Below are positions 17,246 through 25,594 of a stretch of DNA of 34,997 nucleotides, piece after piece. The DNA is from an uncultured bacterium (lineage in GTDB: Bacteria > Hydrothermota > UBA3073), in assembly GCA_964422625.1 (NCBI GenBank), contig CAYRBN010000003.1, positions 1 through 34,997 on the forward strand, read 5' to 3'. A model generated the notes under the pieces. That model was given only the letters and a program-made list of their open reading frames with translations. It was not told the origin of the DNA and ran no database searches. The position numbers and the translations under genes are program-made. How positions within the stretch are numbered: position 1 is the first letter of the stretch; each line of letters starts with the position of its first letter.

Positions 17246-17466
17246 ATCCCAAAATATGCGTTAATAAAACCACAGAGGACACAGAGATTATTCTAAAGAT
17301 AAAAATTCTGTGATTCTCAAAGGATTCTCTGTGCTCTCTAATATAAAAGTTTAGTATATCTTAATGAGGGTTTTTGCACTAAAAGAGTGCACAGAGAAAA
17401 ATGACTAAGTCTTTTATTTTTAACATCTTTCTCCGTGTTCTCTGTGGTTAATGCATAATCTGGGAT
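17246..17466. mobile_element. Family-D MITE-like element, copy D2 (about 221 bp)
   Basis: Terminal inverted repeats: ATCCCAAAATATGCGTTAATAAAACCACAGAG versus the reverse complement of the right end, ATCCCAGATTATGCATTAACCACAGAG. Confidence 0.7.
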
Positions 17467-17484
17467 GATAGGATACTATCCCCC

Positions 17485-18735
17485 TCACAAATTCATTTTC
17501 TCTTTTCCTTTCTCTGATGGATGGTAATATTTTTTCCCTCTCAACTTCTCTGGCAGATAGTTTTCCTTTAGGTCTTCTCCCTTGAAATTATGTGGATATT
17601 TATATCCCTTACCATAACCCAGTTCTTTCATAAGGGAGGTTGGTGCATTGCGGAGATGGAGCGGAACAGGCAGCGTGCCATATCTCTTTACATCCTCTAA
17701 TGCCTTTTTATAAGTGATGAGGGCAGAGTTGCTTTTTTGGGCGGTGGCAAGATAGATTGTGGTCTGGGAAAGGGGTAGAAAATCCTCAGGTCTTCCGACA
17801 AAATGGGCAGCTTCTTTGCAGGAGACTGCAAGAGTGAGTGCCTGTGGGTCAGCATTTCCCACATCCTCCGCGGCAAATATCACCATCCTCCTTGCGATAA
17901 AGAGTGGATCTTCTCCCGCCTCCAGCATTCTTGTAAGCCAGTATACAGCAGCATCAGGGTCAGAGCCACGGAGGGATTTTATGAATGCGGATATAAGGTT
18001 ATAATGCTCCTCGCCTTTCTTGTCATATACTAAAGGGAGTTCGTTCACAATCTCCTTTATTCTCTCTGTTGTTACTCTTTTTTTACCTTCTGCTGTCCCC
18101 GCTGCAAACTCTAAAATATTGAGGGCTATCCTGGCATCGCCCCCTGATATCTCTGCTATATAATCCCTTACACCATCTGGAATATCTGGAGAAAGCGCTT
18201 TCAATCCGTTCTCATCTGTAATTGCTCTGTTCAAAATAGTTCTTATCTCATCTTTTGAGAGGGGATAGAATATGTAGACACTTGTCCGGGAAAGCAGGGG
18301 AGAGATAATCTCAAATGAGGGGTTCTCAGTGGTTACACCTATAAGAATTATAGTTCCATCCTCAACATAAGGCAGGAATGCATCTTGTTGAGCCTTATTA
18401 AATCTGTGTATCTCATCTATGAATAGAATTGTTCGGGTGCTTGATGTCTTTGCAGATGCTATGGCCTTTCGGACATCGTTCACACCGGAGAGCACTGCAC
18501 TGAATGAGATAAACCTATAATCCTTCTGGGATGCTATCAGTCTTGCAAGACTGGTCTTACCTGTTCCAGGAGGTCCCCAGAAGATCATTGAGTGAATCTC
18601 TCCCTTTTCTATCGCGGATTTTATGGGTCCTTTTTCCGAAAGAAGATGACCCTGTCCCACAAACCCTTCAAGATTCTCTGGTCTCATCCTATCTGCAAGT
18701 GGGGGTCTCTTCTTCTTTGCAAATAAATCTTGCAT
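17485..18735 (-). CDS. rarA: Replication-associated recombination protein A (AAA+ ATPase)
   Basis: 416 aa with Walker A GPPGTGKTS, Walker B LFIDEIHRFNK, and MgsA C-terminal domain residues (AAVYWLTRMLEAGEDP). Confidence 0.92.
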   Translation of the reverse strand: MQDLFAKKKRPPLADRMRPENLEGFVGQGHLLSEKGPIKSAIEKGEIHSMIFWGPPGTGKTSLARLIASQKDYRFISFSAVLSGVNDVRKAIASAKTSSTRTILFIDEIHRFNKAQQDAFLPYVEDGTIILIGVTTENPSFEIISPLLSRTSVYIFYPLSKDEIRTILNRAITDENGLKALSPDIPDGVRDYIAEISGGDARIALNILEFAAGTAEGKKRVTTERIKEIVNELPLVYDKKGEEHYNLISAFIKSLRGSDPDAAVYWLTRMLEAGEDPLFIARRMVIFAAEDVGNADPQALTLAVSCKEAAHFVGRPEDFLPLSQTTIYLATAQKSNSALITYKKALEDVKRYGTLPVPLHLRNAPTSLMKELGYGKGYKYPHNFKGEDLKENYLPEKLRGKKYYHPSEKGKEKMNL

Positions 18736-18738
18736 AGT

Positions 18739-18972
18739 CCTAAATTATGCATAAAGCCACAGAATAACACAGAATTTCACAGAAAAAATTCTATTTTTCC
18801 CATCTTCTGTCTGTTTCTGTGAAGTTCTGTGGCTGAAAAAAGTTTTCTGTGTGCTTCTGTGGCTGGACATATGTTTTTTCATAGATTTAATCTATTTCTG
18901 TGTTTTTTCCTGCTCCGCACCTATGCATAGGTGCGGGGTGAATGAAATTCTGTGGCTAACTCATATTCCAGG
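18739..18972. mobile_element. Family-D-related MITE-like element, copy D3 (about 234 bp)
   Basis: Terminal inverted repeats: CCTAAATTATGCATAAAGCCACAGAAT versus the reverse complement of the right end, CCTGGAATATGAGTTAGCCACAGAAT. It contains a perfect 22-nt palindrome, CCGCACCTATGCATAGGTGCGG, at 18915-18936. Confidence 0.7.
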
Positions 18973-18976
18973 TAAA

Positions 18977-20077
18977 TCAATTCAGGTCATCAAACCACCC
19001 TGCGGTTCTGTTTAATCTTCGCTTAAAGAACTTTCCAATCTTTTCTGGGTCTTTTGCCTGATGTTGTTTGAAATAGATTTCATTCCCTTTGATGGCTATA
19101 ATTTCTATCTTGCCGGTCTTATGAGCGATAATATACTTGAACCTTTTACTGTGACCGTCAAGTTTTTTCCTTGCCTGTTCAACAATCTCATAGCCATGGT
19201 GCAGTGGAACCTGGAAATGATGCTTAACCCTTTTTACTGGTCTGCATTGGAAAACATAATATGGGTTAACCCCAATACTTACCAGTTTTCTCTGTAATAG
19301 AGATAGAATGTCCGGGTCATCATTGACACCTCTTAACAGAACGCTCTGATTATTCACAACTACACCCGAAACAAGGAGACTGTCAATAGCATCTTTTGAT
19401 ATATCAGTAATCTCTCCTGGGTGGTTGAATTGAGTAACTACATAGATTCTTTTATCCTTTAGTGAGTTTCTCTTGAACAGGGTTAATAGTTTCTTATCTT
19501 CTAAAATCCTATGAGGAAAGGTTACAGGGGTTTTGCTTCCAAATCTGATAAAATCAAGATGGGAGATTCTGGACAACCTTTCTATGAATTTAGTGAGTAT
19601 CCTTGTTGACAAATGAAAAGGATCACCTCCACTTACAAGCACATTATTGACCTCTGTATGTTTTTCAATATAGTTTGCAGCCTTACTAAATCTATGTAAT
19701 ATCTCTTCAGAAGGTAGACCAACCAACCTTTTTCTGAAGCAATATCTACAATAGGCTGAGCATCTGTTCGTTGAGAGAATTAAGACTGTTTGTGGATATT
19801 TATGCTGTAACCCAGGCATCTTGGTGTTTTCGTGCTCGCCGCTTGTATCATAGGAACCAGACAGATTTAGTTCGTCTTCAATAGGAATTATCATTCGTCT
19901 AATAGGATCATCTGGATTATCCCAATCAATCAGAGATATGTAGTAACGGGTAATACTCATAGGATGCCTCTCTATAATTTTCCTCAATCGCTTCTCTTGC
20001 TTTGGCGACATTTGCATATATACCTTTAACTGTTCTGTAGTGCAGATATTATTTTTAAGTTCCTCTTTCCATCTCAT
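18977..20077 (-). CDS. KamA-family radical-SAM aminomutase-like protein (lysine 2,3-aminomutase / EpmB relatives)
   Basis: 366 aa with the cluster motif CSAYCRYCFRKR and KamA-type N-terminal TRYYISLIDWDNPDDPIRRMIIP. The substrate cannot be read from the sequence. Confidence 0.75.
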   Translation of the reverse strand: MRWKEELKNNICTTEQLKVYMQMSPKQEKRLRKIIERHPMSITRYYISLIDWDNPDDPIRRMIIPIEDELNLSGSYDTSGEHENTKMPGLQHKYPQTVLILSTNRCSAYCRYCFRKRLVGLPSEEILHRFSKAANYIEKHTEVNNVLVSGGDPFHLSTRILTKFIERLSRISHLDFIRFGSKTPVTFPHRILEDKKLLTLFKRNSLKDKRIYVVTQFNHPGEITDISKDAIDSLLVSGVVVNNQSVLLRGVNDDPDILSLLQRKLVSIGVNPYYVFQCRPVKRVKHHFQVPLHHGYEIVEQARKKLDGHSKRFKYIIAHKTGKIEIIAIKGNEIYFKQHQAKDPEKIGKFFKRRLNRTAGWFDDLN

Positions 20078-20257
20078 AATTTAGACCTCTGTAGTGGTAC
20101 CCCTTGCTGTTACCCTATTGGGTAGGGGCAAGCCCTGCCCCTACATTACTTAATCTAATCCCTATATTTTCTACAACCAGGCCCTCGCCAATAATATAAG
20201 AGCCGCAGGCAGCCTCTTTTGCGATATTGTAGCTTAGGATAATTCGTTTTCTCTGTT

Positions 20258-20286
20258 ATTATAACATAAAAAATAGGAAAAGTCAA
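20258..20286 (-). promoter_or_regulatory. Sigma-70 type promoter (F cassette) of the KamA-like gene
   Basis: On the minus strand: TTGACT (20286-20281), 17-nt spacer, TATAAT (20263-20258). The leader is about 170 nt. Confidence 0.75.
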
Positions 20287-20471
20287 GAAAAATCTCTCAC
20301 GCCCCAGTTAAATAAAAACCAAAGACATTTAACGGGGTAAACAAAGGCGCAAAGTCGCGAAGAAGCTTAATCCTGTAGGAGGGACTTTCTAGTCCCGACA
20401 TAATCGGGGTTAGAAAACCCCTCCTACAACTTTCGGATAATATAGATTAGTAAAATTAGTGGGGTTTTTTC

Positions 20472-20500
20472 TTGACAAAATCCCAATTATAGGGTATAAT
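20472..20500 (+). promoter_or_regulatory. Sigma-70 type consensus promoter
   Basis: TTGACA (20472-20477), 17-nt spacer, TATAAT (20495-20500). Confidence 0.75.
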
Positions 20501-20531
20501 TAGTTTTTTAGGTAGAGAAAAGAAGGTTCTT

Positions 20532-20768
20532 ATGGAGATTCTAACTATTCTGTTAGTCCTTATCTTCCAGGATGTAAGGGGTTATGATACCCCAAACGAT
20601 GCAGGAGGTTCAATAACGGTTGAGTGGGAGAGAGAGGATGCTCCTCTTGTTGTGGGCTATGAGATATGGAGAAGCCAGTTTCCTGATACTGGCTTCACTA
20701 TGGCTGGCTCTGTTGTTAATGGTATTTGGACATCCTTATTTATGAAAAATGCTTCAGTAAATTTCTAA
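20532..20768 (+). pseudogene. 5' remnant of a surface-protein gene (signal-anchor plus the start of an FN3/Ig-like domain)
   Basis: 78 aa containing YDTPNDAGGSITVEWERED...GYEIWRS. The ORF stops at the TAATTAG site where B4 sits, and there is no room for the rest of the domain before pmbA. Confidence 0.35.
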
Positions 20769-20772
20769 TTAG

Positions 20773-21035
20773 TATCCGGTGAATAACTCGTTTTTTGCGT
20801 AGATAAAGAGGTCGTGCAAAAAATCAATTTACGAAGTCTACGGACAGGGATAAACCCTGTCCCTACAATGTAGGGACAACCCTTGTGGTTATCCGCAAGG
20901 TTATCTTCACAGCCTGTAACGCTACGCTACTACACGGGATAGATATCCAAATCTAATGTAGTAGCGGATCTTTAGACCCGCCCCAAAAAGGAATATCGGT
21001 ATTGATTGTAATTTTGGCAATTTTTCACCGGTAAC
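20773..21035 (+). mobile_element. Family-B element copy B4 (263 bp) carrying nested A3, flanked by a TAATTAG direct repeat
   Basis: TAATTAG (20766-20772) | TATCCGGTGAATAACTCG...TTTTTCACCGGTAAC | TAATTAG (21036-21042). A solo B-type terminus, TTTCCAGTGAAAAAATGG, follows at 21043-21060. Confidence 0.85.
20809..20916 (+). mobile_element. Family-A element copy A3 (108 bp), nested in hairpin 1 of B4
   Basis: TAAAG | AGGTCGTGCAAAAAATC...CTTCACAGCCTG | TAACG. Confidence 0.8.
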
Positions 21036-21082
21036 TAATTAGTTTCCAGTGAAAAAATGGTTAGGACGCAGATAGACATACT

Positions 21083-22411
21083 TCAATATTCTGTCTTACC
21101 TGTAAAGCCAAAATCTTCAATCAGAAGAGAGGGAGCCAAACACCTGAACCGCTCTCCAATCATACTTCTTTCTTGTGAGATCTCTCTCACTTTTTTGAAG
21201 GCTTCAAGGATATTTATAGTAAATCTGAGATTCTTAAGCCCCCGGTCAATCTTCCCATCCTTTATCAGAAAAGTTCCATCACGGGTCATCCCTGTTACCT
21301 GTGTCTGATCAGGGTCTACAATCCTCGTATACCAGAACCTCGTTATCAAAATACCCTCAGATATTGAAGAGAGCATCTCTGATTTACTTGCATCTCCGCC
21401 TTCTATCACAAGATTTAGCGGAAATGGACCACTTTCTTGACAGAGCAGGGCATGACCTGTTGATTGTTTATCTTCCTTGTTTGCATAGAAGGAATCATAG
21501 ACCACCCCTTTTGCTACACCACTCTCTATCAATGGAACTCTCTTCTTAGGGACGCCTTCAAAGTCAAAGACTAACCCTGACATTTGCGGGTGATGGACAT
21601 CATCAAAGATTGTGATATTACTTCCAGTTATAAGATTGCCAATCTTACCCGCCATGAAACTTCTGCCTTCCTGAAATGTCCTAGCGCCAAAGCCTATCCA
21701 GGCTAAAAACATAAGCAGTTCACCAACAGCCTCTTCCTCAAGTAGGACAGTATAAGGTTCTAACTTTGCCTCCTGGGGGTTCTTACCCAACATTGCTTTT
21801 TCTGATGCAATCTCGGCAAGTTCCTCAAAATCTATTGAATAGAAATCATCTGTCCTTATCCCGGCATATCCTGAGGAACTTCCAGATGAGGCAAATATAC
21901 CAATCTTGCAATCACTCTCTTCTCCAAAATTATGGACTCCAAGTGAGTTTGCAATCCCTAACGAACTTCTGCTGGTATTGATAGCGCCTGCTGAGCCAAG
22001 TCCATATCTTTTGCAAACCTTAACAATCTTCTCTACAGCATCTGCCCTCTCTTCTGGGCTGACCTCTCTAATCTCTTTGGGTATCTTTTTTCCCTTTGAA
22101 GGAGAAGGGGATGGAAGAGATACAAATTCATCATCTCTCATCTGGTGAGTTGAGATCTGATAAGCGGTATTCATCAGACCTTTGATATCTGTTTTGTCCT
22201 TTATATGAGCTGATATAGCACCTATCCGCTTATCCTTGATCACCCTTGCCCAGAAACTGTCTTTTTCGCTCTGCAGGTTTTGATGAATGATTGAATTGGC
22301 AAATCTTGTCGTCGCACTCTCCTCTGACCAGATTCCAGCCTCAATCTGATCCGCAGGCACTGACTTGCACGCAAGTCCCAAAATCTCTTCTGCTTTTGAT
22401 TTTGATAACAC
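21083..22411 (-). CDS. pmbA: PmbA/TldE metalloprotease-family protein
   Basis: 442 aa in the TldD/PmbA fold family, lacking the HExxxH motif. GTG start 5 nt after AAGGAGG. Paired with tldD upstream. Confidence 0.8.
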   Translation of the reverse strand: MLSKSKAEEILGLACKSVPADQIEAGIWSEESATTRFANSIIHQNLQSEKDSFWARVIKDKRIGAISAHIKDKTDIKGLMNTAYQISTHQMRDDEFVSLPSPSPSKGKKIPKEIREVSPEERADAVEKIVKVCKRYGLGSAGAINTSRSSLGIANSLGVHNFGEESDCKIGIFASSGSSSGYAGIRTDDFYSIDFEELAEIASEKAMLGKNPQEAKLEPYTVLLEEEAVGELLMFLAWIGFGARTFQEGRSFMAGKIGNLITGSNITIFDDVHHPQMSGLVFDFEGVPKKRVPLIESGVAKGVVYDSFYANKEDKQSTGHALLCQESGPFPLNLVIEGGDASKSEMLSSISEGILITRFWYTRIVDPDQTQVTGMTRDGTFLIKDGKIDRGLKNLRFTINILEAFKKVREISQERSMIGERFRCLAPSLLIEDFGFTGKTEY

Positions 22412-22622
22412 ATTACCTCCTTGTCGCTTCGCTCCATTGTAAAATGAAAATTGTAAATTGCAAAATGCAAATTTATTATGTTAACACATTGGAGTGCAGT
22501 AGCTTGCTACTGCATGCATTACCAAGGTAATGCACTCCAAGTCGCTTCGATCCATTGTCCAATGAAAAATCAAAGACCACAGACTGCAGACCAAAACAAA
22601 CTAACAAACTAACCACCTGACA
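22412..22622 (-). promoter_or_regulatory. C cassette copy C2: the full-length, uninterrupted tldD-pmbA intercistronic module
   Basis: Its parts are a tail of CAAACTAAC-type repeats, two copies of TTTTCATTnnACAATGGAKCGAAGCGAC, a 48-nt Y-shaped palindrome at 22491-22538, a heptamer array at 22438-22472, and the Shine-Dalgarno AAGGAGG. Confidence 0.7.
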
Positions 22623-24050
22623 TCACCTCCCTATCTTCACATTTCTAAATCTGACAGGTGATGTGCCATGACCTACATAGGCTGTCTGCATCGGTTCACC
22701 TTTGCCACAATTGGGTATACCCCAGACATTCCACTCCTTACAGATTGCATCGCAGTTCCTCCATACCTGATATGAGATCCCAGAGTAAGAGGGCCTTTTT
22801 ATCATAGCACCTAATTTTCCGTTTTTGATCTCCCAGCCTATCTGAGCACCTATATGGAAGTTTAACCGCTTATCATCTATGGATGGGGATGTAGGCGCTT
22901 CAATATAGATTCCGCTCTCTGTATCAGCAATCAGATCGGAGAGACTCCAATCTCCAGGTTTAAGATTTATATTTGTCATTCGTATAAGTGGGATACTTGC
23001 CCATGAATCTGCCCTCATTGTCCCGTTACTCTTTTCACCTATTCTGTGGGCTGTCTCTCTTGAGGTTATGTATCCCTTGAATATACCATCTTCCACTAAG
23101 ATTGAGCATTGTGCAGGTATACCTTCGTCATCGTATCCAAAGGAGCCAAGTCCATCCGGAATTGTGGCATCGGACGTAAGTGTTACTATTGGAGAGGCAA
23201 ACTGAAACTTGCCACGCTTATCCAGTGTTAGATGAGAAGTGCCTGCCAAACTCTCCTCTGTCCCCAATACCCTATCAAGTTCAGTTGGATGACCAACAGT
23301 TTCATGGATATGTAATGCCATAACCGAACCATCACATATTATAGTAGTTACCTCAGATGGACACTCTTTTGCAGAAAGTAGGGCATAAGCCTCTTCTGCA
23401 ACTCGTTCTCCATTCTCTTCAAGTTTTAACCCTTTTACAAATTCATATCCTGAGTTCCTGTAATCTCCCATACCGCCAGGAAAGGAACGATCACCTGTCT
23501 TGCCATCTTTTACTGCAGTAGCATGGATGTAAGCTCCTGACTGGGTTATCTCTTGCTCAATAGATGTACCTTCAGAGTTTTTGAACAGCTGGTTCTTTCT
23601 GACAAAAAGAAGGCTTGACTGGGAGATTTTTATTCCCCTTACCTTTCGCATAATCTTATCACAGGATAGGAGCAGATCGATCTTATCTTCATAGGAGACG
23701 GAGAAGGGATCAATTGCTATATCAGTCTTATATTGGGCAACAAGTTTCGGTGCGGATGCCAGTTCTATCTCTTTCTGTTTAAGAGCGCTTGATGACCGGG
23801 CGATCCGACAGGCCAGGGCTGCTGTTTTTTCTATATCCTCACGCGTAAGCCTACAGGTTCCTGCAAACCCCCATGACCCGTCTGTTATGACTCTCACCCC
23901 AATTCCTCTGCTCTCATCGCGTTTAAGAACCTGAACCCGTCCATTTTTCACCGTGATATCCTCTTCTATCCGCTCAAGGAATCTGGCATCAGCATAGCTT
24001 GCTCCTCTAAGTTTTGCGGTATCTATTGCAAGATCAAGTAGTTCTCTCAT
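22623..24050 (-). CDS. tldD: TldD metalloprotease
   Basis: 475 aa from the ATG at 24050 (MRELLDLAIDTAKLRGASYADARF), with AAGGGGG upstream. Contains HETVGH (HExxxH). The 15 extra N-terminal codons in the ORF track lie in the C cassette. Confidence 0.88.
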   Translation of the reverse strand: MRELLDLAIDTAKLRGASYADARFLERIEEDITVKNGRVQVLKRDESRGIGVRVITDGSWGFAGTCRLTREDIEKTAALACRIARSSSALKQKEIELASAPKLVAQYKTDIAIDPFSVSYEDKIDLLLSCDKIMRKVRGIKISQSSLLFVRKNQLFKNSEGTSIEQEITQSGAYIHATAVKDGKTGDRSFPGGMGDYRNSGYEFVKGLKLEENGERVAEEAYALLSAKECPSEVTTIICDGSVMALHIHETVGHPTELDRVLGTEESLAGTSHLTLDKRGKFQFASPIVTLTSDATIPDGLGSFGYDDEGIPAQCSILVEDGIFKGYITSRETAHRIGEKSNGTMRADSWASIPLIRMTNINLKPGDWSLSDLIADTESGIYIEAPTSPSIDDKRLNFHIGAQIGWEIKNGKLGAMIKRPSYSGISYQVWRNCDAICKEWNVWGIPNCGKGEPMQTAYVGHGTSPVRFRNVKIGR

Positions 24051-24261
24051 AATACCCCCTTGTCGCTTCGCTCCATTGAAAAATGAAAAGTGCAAATTGC
24101 AAAATGCAAATTTATTATGTTAACAGATTGGAGGACTGCGGACAGGGATAAACCCTGTCCCTACAATGTCCGCAGGATTGTTTTTGCACGGCCTCAGTAG
24201 ATTGCTACTGCCTCGCAACCAGGAGGTTGCTCCTACCATCTACGCTCTACGCTCAACGCTT
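24051..24261 (-). promoter_or_regulatory. C cassette copy C3, interrupted by A4; includes (TACGCTC) heptamers at 24241-24261
   Basis: It has the same 5' module and heptamers (24077-24111) as C1 and C2. The Y-structure is retained with a different third hairpin, GCAACCaggaGGTTGC. Confidence 0.65.
24135..24194 (+). mobile_element. Family-A element copy A4, an internally and terminally deleted 60-bp derivative
   Basis: ACTGCGGACAGGGATAAACCCTGTCCCTACAATGTCCGCAGGATTGTTTTTGCACGGCCT, followed by CAGTAG (24195-24200). It occupies the same site within C as A2. Confidence 0.7.
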
Positions 24262-24340
24262 TCAATATCGGATATGGGTCAACATAATGGAGATCAAAAT
24301 TGCATATCTTCTCATCAAGTCCAGGTGATAGTGCCATCAG

Positions 24341-25594
24341 CTAATCCCATCCCTTCCGTCGGTGGTTCAACAGGGCGAGTGTCCTGTTCATCTCGTTGTA
24401 CACGATCATCAGACCCTCGTCCACACCCATCCCGGGTTTGGCCAGGATCTGGTCCGGCTGCACAGCAAGAGCGAGCTGCGTACACACCTGCGCTGATCGA
24501 TCTGTCTCGTTGCTTGTCCCCCCTTGGTAGGCACCCACGCCCTTCGCTTTGCAGTAGAGTATCGCGTCTATCGTGTTGGTGATGCTCCCCAGGTCCGGTG
24601 TCTTGATCTGGATCACATCGGCTGCCTGCGCATCGGCGAACTCACGGATATCTTCGAGCGTGTTGCACCACTCGTCAGCGACGATCTTCACCGTGCCACC
24701 CAGCCTGTGTATTCGCCTTCTCAGAAGGGAGAGCCGTTCTATCTGCGCCGATTTGCCTCCAGCGTCGAGCGGTCCTTCAATCAGCAGTTGGTGAGGTGCA
24801 GCCATTTGCTCTAGTTCTAACAGGTAGTCGGCCATCCGCGGGATATCGTCGGAAAAGGCGAGTGCGATCGTGCCGTAGACATCAAGGTGGAAGGACGGAC
24901 GATACCGATCGCCACCGAGCAAGGCACACCGCTCCTTCAACCAGCCGATATACTCGCACAGCAGCTCTCCACGCTGTCCGAGCTTATCTCGCACATTGTT
25001 GATCAACCCGTGGGGAAGGATCGCCGCGTGCTTCAATATTGCCTTGTCCGCGCCTTTATACCGATCATCTCCGCTTTGTGAGAAGATCGGCACCGGTTTC
25101 ACATCGTACGGAAGCCCGTACTCTTCCAGGATTACCTCGGTCATCGTCATCGCTCTTGCTTTGGCTACAGCATCTAGGATCGCTTGCGTCAGCCCGTACT
25201 CGATCGCGGTGTGGACCCGTTTTCCATCGCTTAATCGCACCGATTCACAGTCTGCGGCCAGATCTCTGAACGAATTGAGAGTGCGTCCTTCAAAGAGAGG
25301 GATCACCTCCCGCTCGATGATCGGAATATAATCACGAGCCAGGAACAGAGGGTCACGCCCTCCGGTTCCAGAATACTGGACCGCAGCACAGTCGCCGTAT
25401 GCAACCTGCCCGTCGCACAAGATGAGGATAATAGATATCGACTCCCCCTGTTGACGTATGGAGGTGAACCCGGCGGTCAGAGGAGCGCCGCGATAGGTGA
25501 ACCCATCTGCCTTTGCATCGGCTTTGATCGCCCGCTGGTCGTCGAAATAGAACCCGGTCAATCCGGAAGATAACAGAATCTTAGAAATCTTCAT
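24341..25594 (-). CDS. mal: Methylaspartate ammonia-lyase (3-methylaspartase)
   Basis: 418 aa from the ATG at 25594. MKISKILLSSGLTGFYFDDQRAIK... closely follows the clostridial MAL N-terminus. The start overlaps the glmE end by 14 nt. The CDS is GC-rich. Confidence 0.9.
   Translation of the reverse strand: MKISKILLSSGLTGFYFDDQRAIKADAKADGFTYRGAPLTAGFTSIRQQGESISIILILCDGQVAYGDCAAVQYSGTGGRDPLFLARDYIPIIEREVIPLFEGRTLNSFRDLAADCESVRLSDGKRVHTAIEYGLTQAILDAVAKARAMTMTEVILEEYGLPYDVKPVPIFSQSGDDRYKGADKAILKHAAILPHGLINNVRDKLGQRGELLCEYIGWLKERCALLGGDRYRPSFHLDVYGTIALAFSDDIPRMADYLLELEQMAAPHQLLIEGPLDAGGKSAQIERLSLLRRRIHRLGGTVKIVADEWCNTLEDIREFADAQAADVIQIKTPDLGSITNTIDAILYCKAKGVGAYQGGTSNETDRSAQVCTQLALAVQPDQILAKPGMGVDEGLMIVYNEMNRTLALLNHRRKGWD

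Noticed and set aside
18915-18936. The perfect 22-nt palindrome CCGCACCTATGCATAGGTGCGG as the intrinsic terminator of the KamA-like gene.
   Set aside because: No U-run follows it on the minus strand; the sequence is AGCAGGAAAAAA. It lies inside MITE D3, so it is more likely part of that element.
18977-24050. A RiPP-like cluster: the small ORF 20532-20768 together with the radical-SAM enzyme and the TldD/PmbA proteases.
   Set aside because: The small ORF looks like the truncated start of an FN3-type surface protein, not a precursor peptide. The radical-SAM enzyme is of the KamA aminomutase type. The genes are on different strands and are separated by repeats and their own promoters.
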